A stretch of DNA of 64,000 nt from Heterodontus francisci. Taxonomy: Eukaryota. Within the stretch, counting starts at the first letter, position 1, and each line of letters begins with the position of its first letter. The notes under the pieces were generated by a model, which searched no databases, was not told where the DNA came from, and worked only from the letters and a program-made list of their open reading frames with translations. Shown here piece after piece: positions 51,001 through 64,000 of the stretch. The position numbers and the translations under genes are program-made. The DNA lies in the NCBI RefSeq assembly GCF_036365525.1, contig NC_090399.1, positions 58,188,430 through 58,252,429 of the forward strand, written 5' to 3'.

Positions 51001-52410
51001 TCAGAGAGTAGTAAGGGCGTGGAACGCCCTGCCTGCAACAGTAGTAGACTCTCCAACTTTAAGGGCATTTAAGTGGTCATTGGATAGACATATGGATGAA
51101 AATGGAATAGTGTAGGTCAGATGGTTTCACAGGTCGGTGCAACATCGAGGGCCGAAGGGCCTGTACTGCGCTGTAATGTTCTCAAAAAAAAACCATGCTG
51201 ACGTGTTCAAATTATACTCTGCTTTTCTAAGTGTAATGTTAAGACTTCTTTAATAATAGTTTCCAGCATCTTCCCAATGACTGATGTTAGGTTAGCCCGT
51301 TTTCTCTCTACCTCCTTTCTTGAAAAGCAGCATAACATTTTCCAACTTCCAATCTGATGGGACCATTCCTGAATCTAAGGAATTCTGGAAAATCATTGCC
51401 ATTGCATCTACTATCTCTGCAGCTATTTCTTTTCGAACCCGAGATGTAGGCCATCTGGCCCCAGTGACTTGTCAGATTTTCATCCTTCAAGTTTCTCCAA
51501 TACTTTTTCTCGGCTGTATTTAATATCCTTAATTTCCTCACTCTATTTAGCCCCTAGGTTACTGCCTAGTTCTGATATGGAACTTGTGACTTCCGCTGTG
51601 AAGACAGACACAAAATATTTGTTCGATGTCTCTGCCATTTCTTCATTCTCCATGATGATTTCTCCTACCACTGCCTCTAAGGGACCAATGTCTACTTTAG
51701 CTACTCTCTTCCTTTTTATTTACTTATAAACGCTATTACAATCTGTTTTTATATTGCTGGTTAGTTTACTCTCATTCTATTTTTTCCCTTTTTATCAACT
51801 TTTTGATGGCTGTTTGCTGGTTTCTAAAACATTCCCGATCCTCAGACTTGCTACAATTTTTTTGCAACATTGTAAGCCTTTTCTTTCAGTCTAATACTCT
51901 CCTTAGTGAGCCACAGATGGGTCTCTCTGGGCAAGTTTTTGTTTTTGAATAGAATGTACTTTTGTTGAACCCTTTTGTAATGTTTCTTTTAATGTTTCTT
52001 ACTGTTCGTTTACCACCATATCTTGCAGTCTATTTACCCAATTAACCATAGCCAATTCTCCCCTCATACCTTCGTAATTGGCTTTGTTTAAGTTTAAGAT
52101 TCTTGTTTGTGATTGAAATGTGTCACTTTCAAACTTAACATGAAATTCAATGGTATTATGATCATTATTTCACAGTGGATCTTTTACTATGACATTGCGT
52201 ATTAACCCTGCTTCATTTCACAATATGAGATTTAAGATAGTTTTATCCCGAGTCGGTTCTGCAATGTATTGCTCCAAGAAACTGTCACAAAAGCATTCTA
52301 CAAATTCATCTTCTAGACCACTGTTGCCAGTTTGATTGTCCCAGTCTATATGCAGATTAAAGTCCCCCACAATTAATATATTACCGTTTTTATATGCTCC
52401 AATAATTTCC
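48078..52410 (-). mobile_element. Older CR1 ORF2, split by a younger CR1
   Basis: ORFs 48035-48520 and 48704-48970 carry RT motifs; the element resumes at ~51193 toward the endonuclease. Confidence 0.8.
48950..51192 (+). mobile_element. Young 5'-truncated CR1 (HER1-like) with an almost intact ORF2
   Basis: ORFs 48995-50515 and 50594-51115 are in one frame, separated only by a TAG at 50513-50515; all RT motifs are present; tail and A run. Confidence 0.95.
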
Positions 52411-52719
52411 CGTAGAAGGGAGAATTACTCTCAGAATTAATTATAAGGTAGCTACTTAATTTGTTTAATGTTTTCCTAATTTCCAGCTATTAACACATGC
52501 ACACTAACAGTAGTGTAGTAACCCAGCTAATTACAGATGCTCTGTAACAGCAGTTACTCGCTAACCAATCACCTTACAGCTTTCCTGTCATGCCACTGTT
52601 TGATTCCTTTTTCAAACTCAGTCAGCGACACGCCAACTCTGAAGCTCCTGTCCCAATGTCAAGTGTTCCTCGCAGGTTCAGTTCCTCTCCGCTCCCTGAA
52701 CATACCCTCTCTCTAATGC

Positions 52720-53490
52720 TCACTGCTTCTCCAATTACAGATTCACTCTCTCAAGTGCTCACAACTCCTCTAATCACAGATTTCCTCTCTCCCTCGCTAC
52801 TCATCCAATAACAGATTCCCTCCCACCCACACTTGCTGCTCCTCCAATCACAGATTCCCTCTCCCCATGCTCGCTGATCCTCCAATCACAGATTCCCTTG
52901 CGTCTGCGCTCGCTGCACTTCGAATCACAGATGCCCTCTCTTCTGTGTTCACTGCTCTTCCAATCATAGATTCCATCTCGCCTGTGCTGGTTGCTCTTCC
53001 AATCATAGATTCCATCTCTCCTGTGCTAGTTGCTCTTTCAATCACAGATTCCATCTCTCCTGTGCTCGATTCTCCTCCAATCACAGATTCCATCTCTCCT
53101 GTGCTGGTTGTTCTTTAAATCACATATTCCATCTCTCCTGTGCTCTATTCTCCTCCAATCACAGATTCCATCTCTCCTGTGCTCGATTCTCCTCCAATCA
53201 CAGATTCCATCTCTCCTGTGCTCGATTCTCCTCCAATCACAGATTCCATCTCTCCTGTGCTCGATTCTCCTCCAATCACAGATTCCATCTCTCCTCTGCT
53301 CGATTCTCCTCCAATCACAGATTCCATCTCTCCTGTGCTAGTTGCTCTTTCAATCACAGATTCCATCTCTCCTGTGCTGGTTGCTCTTTCAATCACAGAT
53401 TCCCTCTCGCCTGTGCTCGATTCTCCTCAAATTACAGATTCCATCTCTGCAACAATCACTGCTCCTCCAATCACAGATTCCCTCTCTCTT
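52720..53490 (+). repeat. 39-bp minisatellite
   Basis: Unit ccaatcacagattccatctctcctgtgctcgattctcct; gives a 13-aa periodicity in the ORF track. Confidence 0.95.
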
Positions 53491-54000
53491 GCAAGCATCC
53501 TTAAAGCGGACTTTGGACACCCCACTGGTCGTTTGGTCCTGGCTGCCTCACCGTACGGAAGGTCCTTGGGTATGTGCCCATCTTCGATTTTGCAGACATG
53601 TCCGATGCACTGGAGCTGCCTCTGTTTGGTTAGTGACAACATACTTGGGAGCTCTGCCTTTCAGAGGACCGTCACATTTGTGATTTTATCCTTCCAAGAT
53701 ACTCCCATAAAGTGCTGCAGACAGTGAAGATGGAAATGATTGAGTTTCCTTTCCTGGTAGCTGTAAGTCACCTATGTTCCACAGCCGTACAGCAAGGTGA
53801 TGAGAATACAGACCTTAAAAAACATCAGTTTGGTCCTAAGAGTCAGTTTGGAGTTATCCCATGTGCCTTTCACAAGTTGGCAAAAGGTGGTATCTGCTTT
53901 CCCAACACATTTATCGAGCTCTGCATCAAGGGACAGATTGTCCCTCACCGTAGACCCAAGGGAGCAGAATACGCCAACCACTTCCAGTGGGGTGTTATTT
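53490..54000 (-). mobile_element. RTE LINE 3' fragment
   Basis: FCSLGSTV..NLSLDAEL, TLLYGCGT, GHVCKIEDGHIPKDLPYG. Confidence 0.8.
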
Positions 54001-54129
54001 CGTGTGACCAAAACATGGAAGGAGACACACGAAAAAGGAATATGAAAAGAAACTTGCAGGAATCTCAAAATCAACACAACATCTAAAAATTGAATTAGGA
54101 AAAAGAGGATGGTCAACTGCAATGTGGGT

Positions 54130-55815
54130 CCCTTGGAAACGGTGATGTTGTCAATCAAAATAAGGAAATAACAGACCTGCTGAACAATTACTTTGCCTCA
54201 GTATTTACAGTAGAGGAAGAATTCAGCATTCCAGCCATCTCAAGGAAACTATTATTGAATCAGGGACAGACACTTAACAAAATTACGTGAGTAATGATGG
54301 AGAAATACATGGCACGAAAGAGGGATAAATCCCAGGACTAAATGGTTTCCATTCCATGCCTTTAAAATAAATAGGTCAAGACATTGCAGATGCCTGAAGT
54401 CTCATTTTCCATAGATCTCGTGATTTGGAATGATCCTTTAGAATTCAAAATTGCCCATGTCACTCCACTATTTAAACAATGTGACAGAGAAAAAAAAAGG
54501 GTTATAGACCAGTTAGTCTATCATTTGTTATCCAAAAATACTGGAGTCCATAACTAAGGATAGGGGCGAATGAACACCTTGAAAATTTTTAGCTGATCAG
54601 AAAGGGCCTGCAGGGATTTGTGAAGAACAGATTATGCCTAAGGAATCTGATGGAATGTTTTGAAGATATGACAAAAGTAGTTGACAGGGGAATGTCTATG
54701 GGTGTTATTATTCTGGACTTCCAGAAGGCATTTAATGAAGTCGCTCATAAGAGACTATTAGCTAAAGTTGAAGTCATGGGATTGAAGACAAAGCATTGAT
54801 GTCATTAGGAAATTGGCTGAATGGAAGGAGCCAGAGAGTAGGTATAACGGGCATGCACTCTAATTGGCAGGATTTGACCAGTGGGGTCCGGTAAGGATCT
54901 GTGTTGGGGCCTCACTATTTTAATTCATGACTTAGAAATTGGGATAGAAGACAACCTATCCAATTTTGAAAATGACATACAGATAGGCAGCATTGTAAGC
55001 AGTATAGCTGGAAGCTGAAAATTTCAAAGAGATATTCATTGATTAGTTGAATGAACAAAAGTGTGAAAAATGGATTCCAATATAGGCAAATGTGAGATTA
55101 TCCCACTTGGACCTAACAAAAGGATGAAAAAAGATAAACAGTGCATGTCCAGAGACACTTGGTGTCCAGGGACATATAGTGTTAGGACCAGGTCCAGAAA
55201 ATAGTCAAAAGGTCTACCAGAATGCTAACTTTTATATTAAGAGGAATACAGTATGAGGAGGTAGATGTCATGCTTCAGTTATACAAAGCATTGTTCAGAC
55301 TGCATCTGGACTACTGTGACCAGTTCTGGGCAGCATACCTTGAGAAGGATATAGGAGGGAGTACAGTGTAGGTTTACCAGAATGATACCTGTATGTTAAA
55401 TGGCTAAATTACAAGGAGAGATTACAAAATCTAGGGTTGTATTCTTTGGAGTTTGGAAGAGTGAGCGGTGGTTAGATCACAGTTTCCAAGGCATTAACGC
55501 AACAGATAAGGGAGATTGGTTATAGTTGATGAGTCTAAGACTTGGCGTTATCATCAAAAATTAGAGCCAAATCTTTCAGGAATGAAATTAAGAAATAATT
55601 GTTCACACAAAGAGTGGTAGAAGTATGGAGCTCCCTTTCATAAACAGCAATTGATGTTGGATCAATTGTTAAACTGAAAACTGAGATTGATAGATTTTAG
55701 TTAGTCTAAGATATTAAAGGATATGAGGCAAAGACAGGTATGCAGAGTTAGATTGCAGATCAGCCATGATCTCATTGAACAAGCTCGAGGGAGTGAATGG
55801 CCTACTTCTGTTCCT
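54130..55815 (+). mobile_element. Highly decayed CR1
   Basis: Degenerate CR1 ORF2 sequence (e.g. gacttccagaaggcattt = DFQKAF) and tail. Confidence 0.7.
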
Positions 55816-56245
55816 TGGAGACGGGTGATTTCGGATTAGCCACCATTAGGCACCTCTCCCGATTGTCCCTCGCTTTGAAAAGGAACATTAGGAGAGGAAT
55901 ATAACAGCTCACCTGCTCTGCCATATCACCAGTATGACACAATCACCAAATGTAAATATTACAATCATTGAATGCAATGGGAAGTAAAATAAGACAGATA
56001 TTGAAACAACTCATCGATCTGCAATCACTCATACTGCCATTCTGCCCCAAACATATTTTATCCCCATTGGAATCTGCCTGGTTTCAGTCAAGTGACACAT
56101 TCCATCACTAAATTGGTTTTCTTACGCATTAATATGTAGAGAGAGACTGCCAGGAAGAGGGAGAACTACAGCGATAAAGTGCTATATAATTATCTATGGA
56201 TTTAGAGAATATATTGTGATCTATGTTGGCTGAGATTAGATGACA

Positions 56246-57159
56246 TTAAGTTTCAATTTTTTGAAGCCACGAACTTAGAGTCAATGGATATTTAATAATA
56301 TGCTTCAATTCCTCTCTAAATTTAGCCTGAGCTACTGCATAGATAAATGTGTTTGTGCATGAACTCAAACACTGAAGCATATATCCAGTGTGCTCCATAA
56401 TGGCAAATGGATCATTATAATCTGTGAGCATAAACTGAATGCCTGCAAATTGTGTACATACAGAATGTACAAAAGTTACCATCCATAACAGTATAAAACA
56501 GCTAGAAATGGCCAGCAGTAATATGATCGATTTCCTTCGGTTCTCCATCTCTGGATCACTGTGATTCTCATTATTGTTATTTCTCCGGAATCCTCTTCTC
56601 AATCTATTGGCCCGCATAATGTACCTGATGGTTACAGCATTGAGTAACACAATCAGCACAAATGGTGCAAAGGGTGTTAATGTAATGTCAAAGAAGAAGT
56701 ATGCTACCCATATAGGCAAATTAGACAGGCTTGATTTTACATTGCAGAACCACGCAATGTTGTCAATAATTTCCAAGTGTTCGTTTTCAAAGTAAATTGG
56801 AATATTTTCTACAAAACTCAGTCCAAACACAGCCACTGTAACTATGGCTGCGGTTCTTTCAGTGCAATATCTTTCTCTCAATCTCTGGCAACAAATGGCA
56901 ATGAATCGATCAAAAGTGAAAGCAACAGTTAACCAGACAGAGCAATCAATGGCTGCAAAAACCAAGGCGATATTGAGACTGCAAACGGGAGTGTAATCCA
57001 AGAACGAATATGAGAAATACATGTCATTAATCTCAGAAAATATTACATCGAATATTATCACGAATAGATCTGCCGCTGCCATGGCCACCAGGTAATGAGT
57101 GATACATTTAGAAAGTCCGCATCTCCCACGGGACAGAATCACAATCGCCACTAGATTAC
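56246..57159 (-). CDS. GPR139/GPR142-like class A GPCR, exon 2
   Basis: Acceptor ctctttttcttgtag; open to TAA. Motifs NLVAIVIL, YLVAMAAADL, AFTFDRFIAIC, RRKSIILL..FILLW and SSCTNTFIY with hydrophobic TM segments. Confidence 0.92.
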
Positions 57160-57292
57160 CTACAAGAAAAAGAGAATACAAGGGAAACTATTAATTGCAT
57201 TCAATTCACAGGGGCAGTCAGTTTAAGAATATGTTATACGGAAATTAACTAAATCTTTTGTGCATTTACTCAACTCAGTTTCCTTTTGCTTT

Positions 57293-57763
57293 GGGTGAAA
57301 TTTGTCCCAGGCGGTGGCGCCAAACTGACTCTGGAACCGGTTTCATAACGCGACCAGTTTATGTGGACCTTAAAAATAATTAACTGCAACAGAATGGAGA
57401 GACATTTCTCAGGTAACCCGGTGCACACATACAATGCGGTGATCATTCTCACTAGTGCACCTTCCATACAATTAATGAGAACACACAAGTAAAGTGAGAT
57501 GACCAAGGGGCAGTTCTTGACTTTGTGCAATAGTCTAAACGGATGATAGCGTGTCGGCAATCTATTGTACAGTTCTCCCCATTTTCATTTCCATTGACTT
57601 CATTGGAAATAAAATTCGAGAGAGATGTAAAACTGGGAAATAGTGTAAAATGGACGGTATTGGATCAGCTCCCCATTATCATTCTCTAACCGGTTTTTTA
57701 TTTCCATTGAACGGAGCAGAAATAAACATCAGGCGTCCCATCAGCCAAAGTGAAAATTGCCCC
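57293..57763. mobile_element. Possible decayed Harbinger-like MITE in the GPCR intron
   Basis: Imperfect TIRs gggtgaaattt / aaaattgcccc. Confidence 0.4.
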
Positions 57764-59287
57764 AAATGAATCAGTAAATCCACCAATCACATAATTAACA
57801 GACCAGTCAATCACTGAATCATCCAAACAATATTCATAACCTTGTCAAATACTAATACAGATGCTTGGGTATGTCTTGCATGTGTTTTAAACGGCTATCT
57901 GAATATCCCACAGTTAGGCAGAATTTTATAAACTCGGTAAAATCTTGGCCATTAAGTCTTTTGGACTAAACACTTGACTCGCGCCTAGAGATGGACTGCA
58001 TCCAATTTATACCAGGGACGATTCATTTTATTCACTGCCCAATTTATCTCGATGCTGAACCATCTTAAATGCTCAGTCCACAGTTTGTTAACATTCGCTC
58101 TTTTCCTGTAATGTCTTGTACTGGGGCTGATCCGCCACTCATTCCGGTGCTCAATGTGGGACGATGATTTTTTTTTAAATTGTACAGCTCCGGCCGGCCG
58201 GCCGACCTTTTCGGTTGCCTTTATTTATAAGGTGCATATTTGTACAGAAACAATAAAGAATATCCGAGAACAGCAATACAAATAGTCAACCTGCACATTA
58301 TATTAGACTATTGCAAACAGCAAGACTTGACCCAGGTTTTAGAGTTTTCCTGGATAATTGAATTAGCTATTTGAGAAATGTAACAGGAGCGTATCTCCCC
58401 TTAAGGAATCCCATTTCATTTCCCTGTTTTGTTAGATAAACCAACTTGAAGTGCAACCTGATCAAAGACAGAAACCATCCTGATATATCAGGCTTCCCAC
58501 CAGGCAGTCTTCACCTTGCTGGGACACAAGGATGAAAGACAATTTGTTAAGTTATTATTGAGTGCGCTTTCCTGCCAGTCTGATTCCTTGAGTTGGACCA
58601 GCTGTTGCAGAATGAGGGTTTTCCCACAAGTGTGGTTTGAGAGCACACTTTCCTATCCCAACTCATTGGATGAAAGAACCATCTCCAACAACATTCCTAA
58701 ATGCTAAAATTGCACGAAAAATATATTATTTTACAAAAGCTACAATTACAAACAAACTCGAAAATTTACATTGAAGGGAAATGTGGCAACGGAAAATCAT
58801 TCTGTTCACGACTTTGGAAAATAAATCCCGAAAATGTACTAGATGTGTAATGTATTAGATAGTATATCAAAGTCTGTATTGGGAACAGAGATATTGTAAG
58901 AATCTTGGGCATTTTATTCGGCATGAACGACATTATATAAATGTAAACTATTTTCATTGTTATAACATAATTGAACACAGAATAATTAAATTATAATACC
59001 CAATAACGATTCGAACAACCAAATTGCAGGACGACCATTGACTCCTATGTAACAGAGGTTTATTCAATGCAGCATATTCATGAAAACTGAATGGCACCAG
59101 TTTAATATTCTGTAAACTGTTGTTTACATATAAATCAGGCCCACTGAGCTAACTGTATTAAAGCCATTTTTTTCCTAATCCACTGACAATAGTTAAAACT
59201 GTACATCTGGACAGATGACAATACTAGACTGACAGCAAGCACACTCTCATTCTGTAAAACAAGGAATAACTGATTATGGTAACTTAC

Positions 59288-59357
59288 AAGGAACACCAAC
59301 CAGGGCAAGAAGCGGATAGTAAATTTCTTCTATCTGTGGAATTATAAATAGTCCCAT
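59288..59357 (-). CDS. GPR139/GPR142-like GPCR, exon 1
   Basis: aaaATGG start; encodes MGLFIIPQIEEIYYPLLALVGVP; donor T|gtaagt. Phase 1 joins exon 2 (T+GT=Cys) for 984 nt and 327 aa. Confidence 0.88.
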
Positions 59358-59425
59358 TTTCTTAAAAACGAAGCAACCTCTTGGTGTGATTGACACACTA
59401 ATGAGATGTATTGAACTGAGCCCGA

Positions 59426-59431
59426 TTTATA
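59426..59431 (-). promoter_or_regulatory. Candidate TATA box of the GPCR gene
   Basis: TATAAA on the - strand about 70 bp upstream of the ATG. Confidence 0.5.
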
Positions 59432-60229
59432 CTTTTGAGAAATGTCAAGTGAGGCAATTAGGTCAGGCAATAACTGACATTAGTTACAGCCACTTGAACA
59501 AATAGGTTAAGCAGCAGTTTGTACTCCAATGCTCAGCGGGAATAGAAAATTGTTATTTACATTTCGCAGTGGTAATGAGGAACACCAAGGAGAGAATATT
59601 AATTTAATTAGTTTTGAAATTTTCAACCTTTTTAAAGTTGTAGTTACTGAATCATTGATCATGCCAATTCAAACAAATATATTCATTAATATGCTTTCAG
59701 ACTGGAAAATACACATATGTTGTATTTGACATTATAAATGTTTGTTTGTGAAGAAGATTAGCACTGTCAATTTTTGCAGATGTATAGGAACTGAATATTC
59801 ACTGAGCAAGTGGTACACACTTGGCTTATGTCATCCCAGATGACAGAATTGGGCTGCAAATTTATGATTGTGCCCAATTGGAGCAGGACCTCCATCTGTC
59901 TTAAATAGCTTGCGGGAAGCTCAAGGAGATACGAGGGAGGGAGGCAGTTCTCACGATGGCAATCACATTTTGCACCAGAGCCCCCTATCACTCAGGCACC
60001 TGAACACTGAGTGAGCCTGGTAAACAGATCTGCTCAGCAGTGCAATTTAGATCCAGTTGGAGAAACAAACCTGTGTGCTGGACCTCCAGTGGGACTATTA
60101 ACACCAACGCTATTACTATCGACTTATTAAAACTCCTTAAATAAACAGGTCCAGCATTCAAGATGCGACTATTGTGAGGATGGCTACAATTGGTGGTATT
60201 CAAAAGAGATAGCAGCAACATCCATTAGA

Positions 60230-60540
60230 TACTAAATAAAATGACCTGAGAGACAATTTCCTCAAATTCAATCAAGGGGATTTGCCAATAAAATCAGGAT
60301 ATACTTTTTCACACAAAAGATAGCGGAACTCTCAGTCAAAAGGCTGTGGATGCTGGGCCTCAACTGACATTTTTAAAGACTAAGACCAATGGATTCTTGC
60401 TTAATATGGGTATCAAGAGAAATGGAGTAAAGTTCGTGAATGATATTATAATATAGTAGAGGTGATGTACTGATCAACCATTATCCAACTGAATGGCAGA
60501 ACAGAGTAAAGGAGATGAATGACCGACTTTTGTCCCAATA
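60230..60540 (+). mobile_element. Decayed CR1 3' end
   Basis: Degenerate ttcacacaaa..ggctgtggatgct.. and tail. Confidence 0.55.
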
Positions 60541-60544
60541 CCTT

Positions 60545-62680
60545 AATCCAATATAGATTCTGAATTATCCTTTTCTCATTTCTGTTGATTTCTAGTTTGT
60601 TTAAGCACTCCATTATTTTCTGACGGTAGATGCTATCAAATGCCTCTCATTGATTATAAAGCATACATTCACAGTTTGTTTTTGCACTTCCAGGTGTCTT
60701 CCAATAACTACTTTCAAGTTAAAGATGTTCCTTTCTTTGATTTGAATCCTGACTGATTATCATCTATCTCTGCTTCTATAGACTGATCATTTCTTCCCAA
60801 AATGATTATTGGTATCATTTTCATCACAGGGCTCAAGAAGCTTATTGTCCTGCTCTCTGAACGCTCTCGGGCTTTTGGTTTCTTTGGCAGCTTAATGAAC
60901 ACCGGCTGCATCAGATCTTCATGTAAGAATCCTGTTCTGTAAATGTTGTTGCAGTCTCAATCAGTATCTCAATGTGAACATCATTCGGGGCTTTCAGGCA
61001 TTCTGTTGGTATCTCACCGATTCCAGGTTCTTTCTTTGTTCTCAGCTTGTTGATTGCTGGACTGACTTCTGCTTCTATTATCTCCAGTAATTCTCTTCCT
61101 TCTGATCATTCCAATTCACATCTGTCTTCATCATCATACAGCTCTCTGAAGTACTTCACCCATCGTTCCTCTGCACTTTCTTTTTCGAAGAGAAGTTCAC
61201 CTTCCTTGCTCCTCATACAGCCATTATTTGTAGTTATTCTTTACTTCTTATCTGTCCCCGCTTTAACTTTCTCATGCAATGCCCTCATGTTATGCCTTTT
61301 CTCCAGTTCTTCTATTTCCACGCAGTAGTCTTCATACCACCTTTCCTTGGCTGCTCTACAATCTTTCCTGATCTGCTTTTTAATTTCACCATATTCATAA
61401 TTATTCTTCTTATTCTGTCTCTATTTCTCAATCATATCTAGTATTTCATTAAGCATACACTCCTGGTTTCCTCCTCTCTTTTTTTTCGGCACCATCTCAG
61501 TTTTTGTATGTTTTATGCTCTGTTTCAGCCTTTCCCAATGCCTTTCTGTTGTTTTCTCCTCACTGAGATATTGATCTGTCACTTCCTGAAGTATAGCTTC
61601 ATACCTGTTAGTAACCTCCACTGTGTACTTCTTCACCAGATCTTCTACTCAGTCTGTCCAGGTTAACTTGGTCTTTCATGGGATTTCTTTTCACGAGTTT
61701 CAGCTTGAACTTCACCTTCACGATAAGCAGGCAGTGATCTGAATTGTTGTCTGCTGCTGTGTAAGTGAACGCATTTTTGATGCTGTTCTTGTACCTTTCA
61801 TTGATCATCAGAAAATCTATTAGATTTTTGTGAACATCTCCTGGAATCTTCCAAGTGTACAGCCTTCTTGGATGTTGTTTGAACAATGCACTCAAGATGA
61901 ACACGTTGTTTTCCTCAGGGACTGTATCAGGGTATCAGGTGTTCAGCTTCGCTGTTCTTCGTTCCTAGTCAAAACGCTCCTATCACTTTTCCATGCCTCT
62001 CTCCGCCAACTTATGTGTTCAAATCACCAGTGACTAGCAAGATGTCTCGACTCTTCACATGCTTCAATAAGTTTTGCAACTCCTCATAGAATACTTCCAC
62101 TTCTTCATCACTGTGATCCTGGTGGGTCCATACAGTTGTAAACATGCAATATTCATTGCTTTCCCTTTAAATTCTGCCATAATCACTGTCTCTGATATTG
62201 ACCAATATCCCGGCATAGTTCTTGCTACCTTCTTTGTCATCATTATTCTGATTCTATTCCATGTTCACTGCCACCTGAGAAGATCATAACCTGATTTGCT
62301 TTGCCAATCCTACAATGTTGATGTTGAGTCTTAACATCTTTCAGCCAGTTGTCTATTTTACCACTCTGATAAAGTGTCTTCCCATTCCAAGTTCCAATTT
62401 TCAAGAGTTCTTGTCTGGGTTTGTGAGTAGAATCATTAGATGGTAGTCTTTCTTCCGGGTTTGGGTTGCCTTCATCATTCACCCAGCTATTCCTAGTTCC
62501 TAGCAAATCCTCTTCTTCCCCACTCCTATTTACAGTAGACATCTCCTCAGGGGCCCCAGATCTGCTTACATCACTACTGCAATAGTAGATTCTATGACTA
62601 ACTAAGGGGTAATAGTTTTTGAGTATTTGACTTTTGCAAGGCGACTGGCCATTTGTCCTCAAGTGTCATGACTCTGCCCT
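60545..62680 (-). mobile_element. Decayed RTE-clade LINE (distinct family from 40680-43440)
   Basis: KIGTWNGKTL, RRLYTWKIPG..NLIDF..NSDHCLL, FIKLPKK..RTISFLS..QSGFK. Confidence 0.85.
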
Positions 62681-62689
62681 AGATATGTC

Positions 62690-64000
62690 GGACATTATTC
62701 ATGAGTAACTGCCTCTTGATAACACTGCTGATAACACCTTCCACAACTTGATAATACTTGAGAGTAAACTGATGGTGTGGTAATTAGGCAGTTTGTTTAA
62801 AATGGACAGAACACCGCTGGGTAATTTTCTACTTTGTCAGGTAGATGCCAGTGTTGCAGCCATACTGGACTAGCTTGGCTGGGGTGCAGGTAGTTCTGAA
62901 GAACAAATCTTCAGTACTACAGCTGGGATATTGTTGGGCCCATAGCCTTTGCTATGTCCAGTGAACTCAGCCATTTCTTGATATCATGTGGAGTGAATCA
63001 AATTGGTGGAAGACTGGCATCTGTGATGCTGGGAACCTCAGTAAGAGATCGGTGCAAATACATCAGCCTTGTTTTTTGAACTCACGTGCTGGGCTCCGCC
63101 ATAATTGAGGATAGGGGTGCTCATGGAGTGTCATCCTCCTGCTGTTAGTTGTTTAATTGTCTACTGCCATTTTTGATTGGATCTGGCAAAACTGCAGAGC
63201 TTTGATCTGATACATTGCTGCTCCTTCCGCTGTTTAGTATACATGCATGTAGCTCCTGTGTTGTAGCTTCACCAGGTTGGTACCTCATTTTTAGTTTGCT
63301 GTGTGCTGCTCCTACCATTCTCTCCTACACTCATCATTGAACCAGGGTTGGTCCCTTGCCTTGATAGTAATGGTATAATGAGGCAATGCTGGTCCACAAA
63401 TTTCAAATGGTGGGGAAATCCAATTCTGCTGCTGATGGCCGATGGATGCCCAGTTTTGAGCAGCTAGATCTGTTCTGAGTCCATCACTTTTAGCACAGTG
63501 GTAGTGTAACAGAATACAATAGATCTTGTCCTCAATGTGACGATGAAACTTTATTTCCATAAGGACAGTGCGGTGGTCCACTCCAACCAACATTGTCATG
63601 GACAGATGAAAATACAACAGTAGGTTGTTGTGGACGAGGTCAGCTAGGTATTTTGCCTGTGCTGATTCTCTCATTACCTGCTGCAGGTCTAGTCTGGCAG
63701 CTATGACCTTCAGGACTCGAGGAACTCAGTCACTCGTGGAGCCGTGCCACTTTTGCTGCTGGACATTGAAGTCCCTCACCTAGAGTACATTCTGTGCCCT
63801 TGCTACCCTCAGTGCTTCTTCCATGTGGTGTTCAACATGACGGAAAATTGATTCCTCTGCTAAATGAGCATGGTAGTTGGTAATCAGCAGAAGCTTCATT
63901 GCCCATGTTTGATCTAATGCCATGGGAATTAGATGCAGAGTCAACATTGAGGACTCGCAGGGCCACGACCTCCCAACTGTATAACTTTGCTGCCAGGTCT
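62690..64000 (-). mobile_element. Decayed family-B LINE fragment (runs off the window)
   Basis: DLAAQNWAS, DQPWFNDECRR; colinear with ~26300-27680. Confidence 0.8.

Noticed and set aside
52848-53727. Mucin-like SPPITDSISPVLD repeat ORFs
   Set aside because: 39-bp minisatellite between TE fragments; no splice or start context.
57160-57181. ORF-track start of the GPCR (MYSLFLVG)
   Set aside because: This is the intron polypyrimidine tract and acceptor; the real start is in exon 1 at 59357.

Overview
This is eukaryotic genomic DNA, almost certainly from a cartilaginous fish (shark). The evidence is HE1-type SINEs, HER1/CR1 LINEs, a shark-type MHC class I cytoplasmic tail and a shark-type GPR139-like receptor. 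Most of the window is transposable-element debris, and nearly all listed ORFs are TE fragments or tandem-repeat read-throughs. Two host genes can be supported, facing each other. (1) The 3' end of an MHC class I heavy-chain gene on the + strand: TM exon 6699-6824, cytoplasmic exons 7741-7776 and 8123-8170 ending ...ESSSNSSALA*, and a probable 3'UTR exon 10044-~11395. (2) An intact two-exon GPR139/GPR142-like class A GPCR on the - strand: exons 59357-59288 and 57159-56246, 327 aa. Between them lie an old LTR/retrovirus-like relic with integrase and env-like remnants (13.6-17.3 kb), a GalEa-type Ty1/copia element with nested insertions (22139-31745), several copies of a LINE whose fullest copy has a tRNA-SINE-like head, Tx1 and RTE LINEs, Harbinger- and hAT-type MITEs, and five tandem-repeat arrays. 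The most unusual signal is a ~100-bp mobile element, twice flanked by target-site duplications, that carries a minimal hammerhead-ribozyme motif (4 loci). There is an assembly gap at 7915-8076. TE boundaries are approximate unless a TSD or TIR is quoted.
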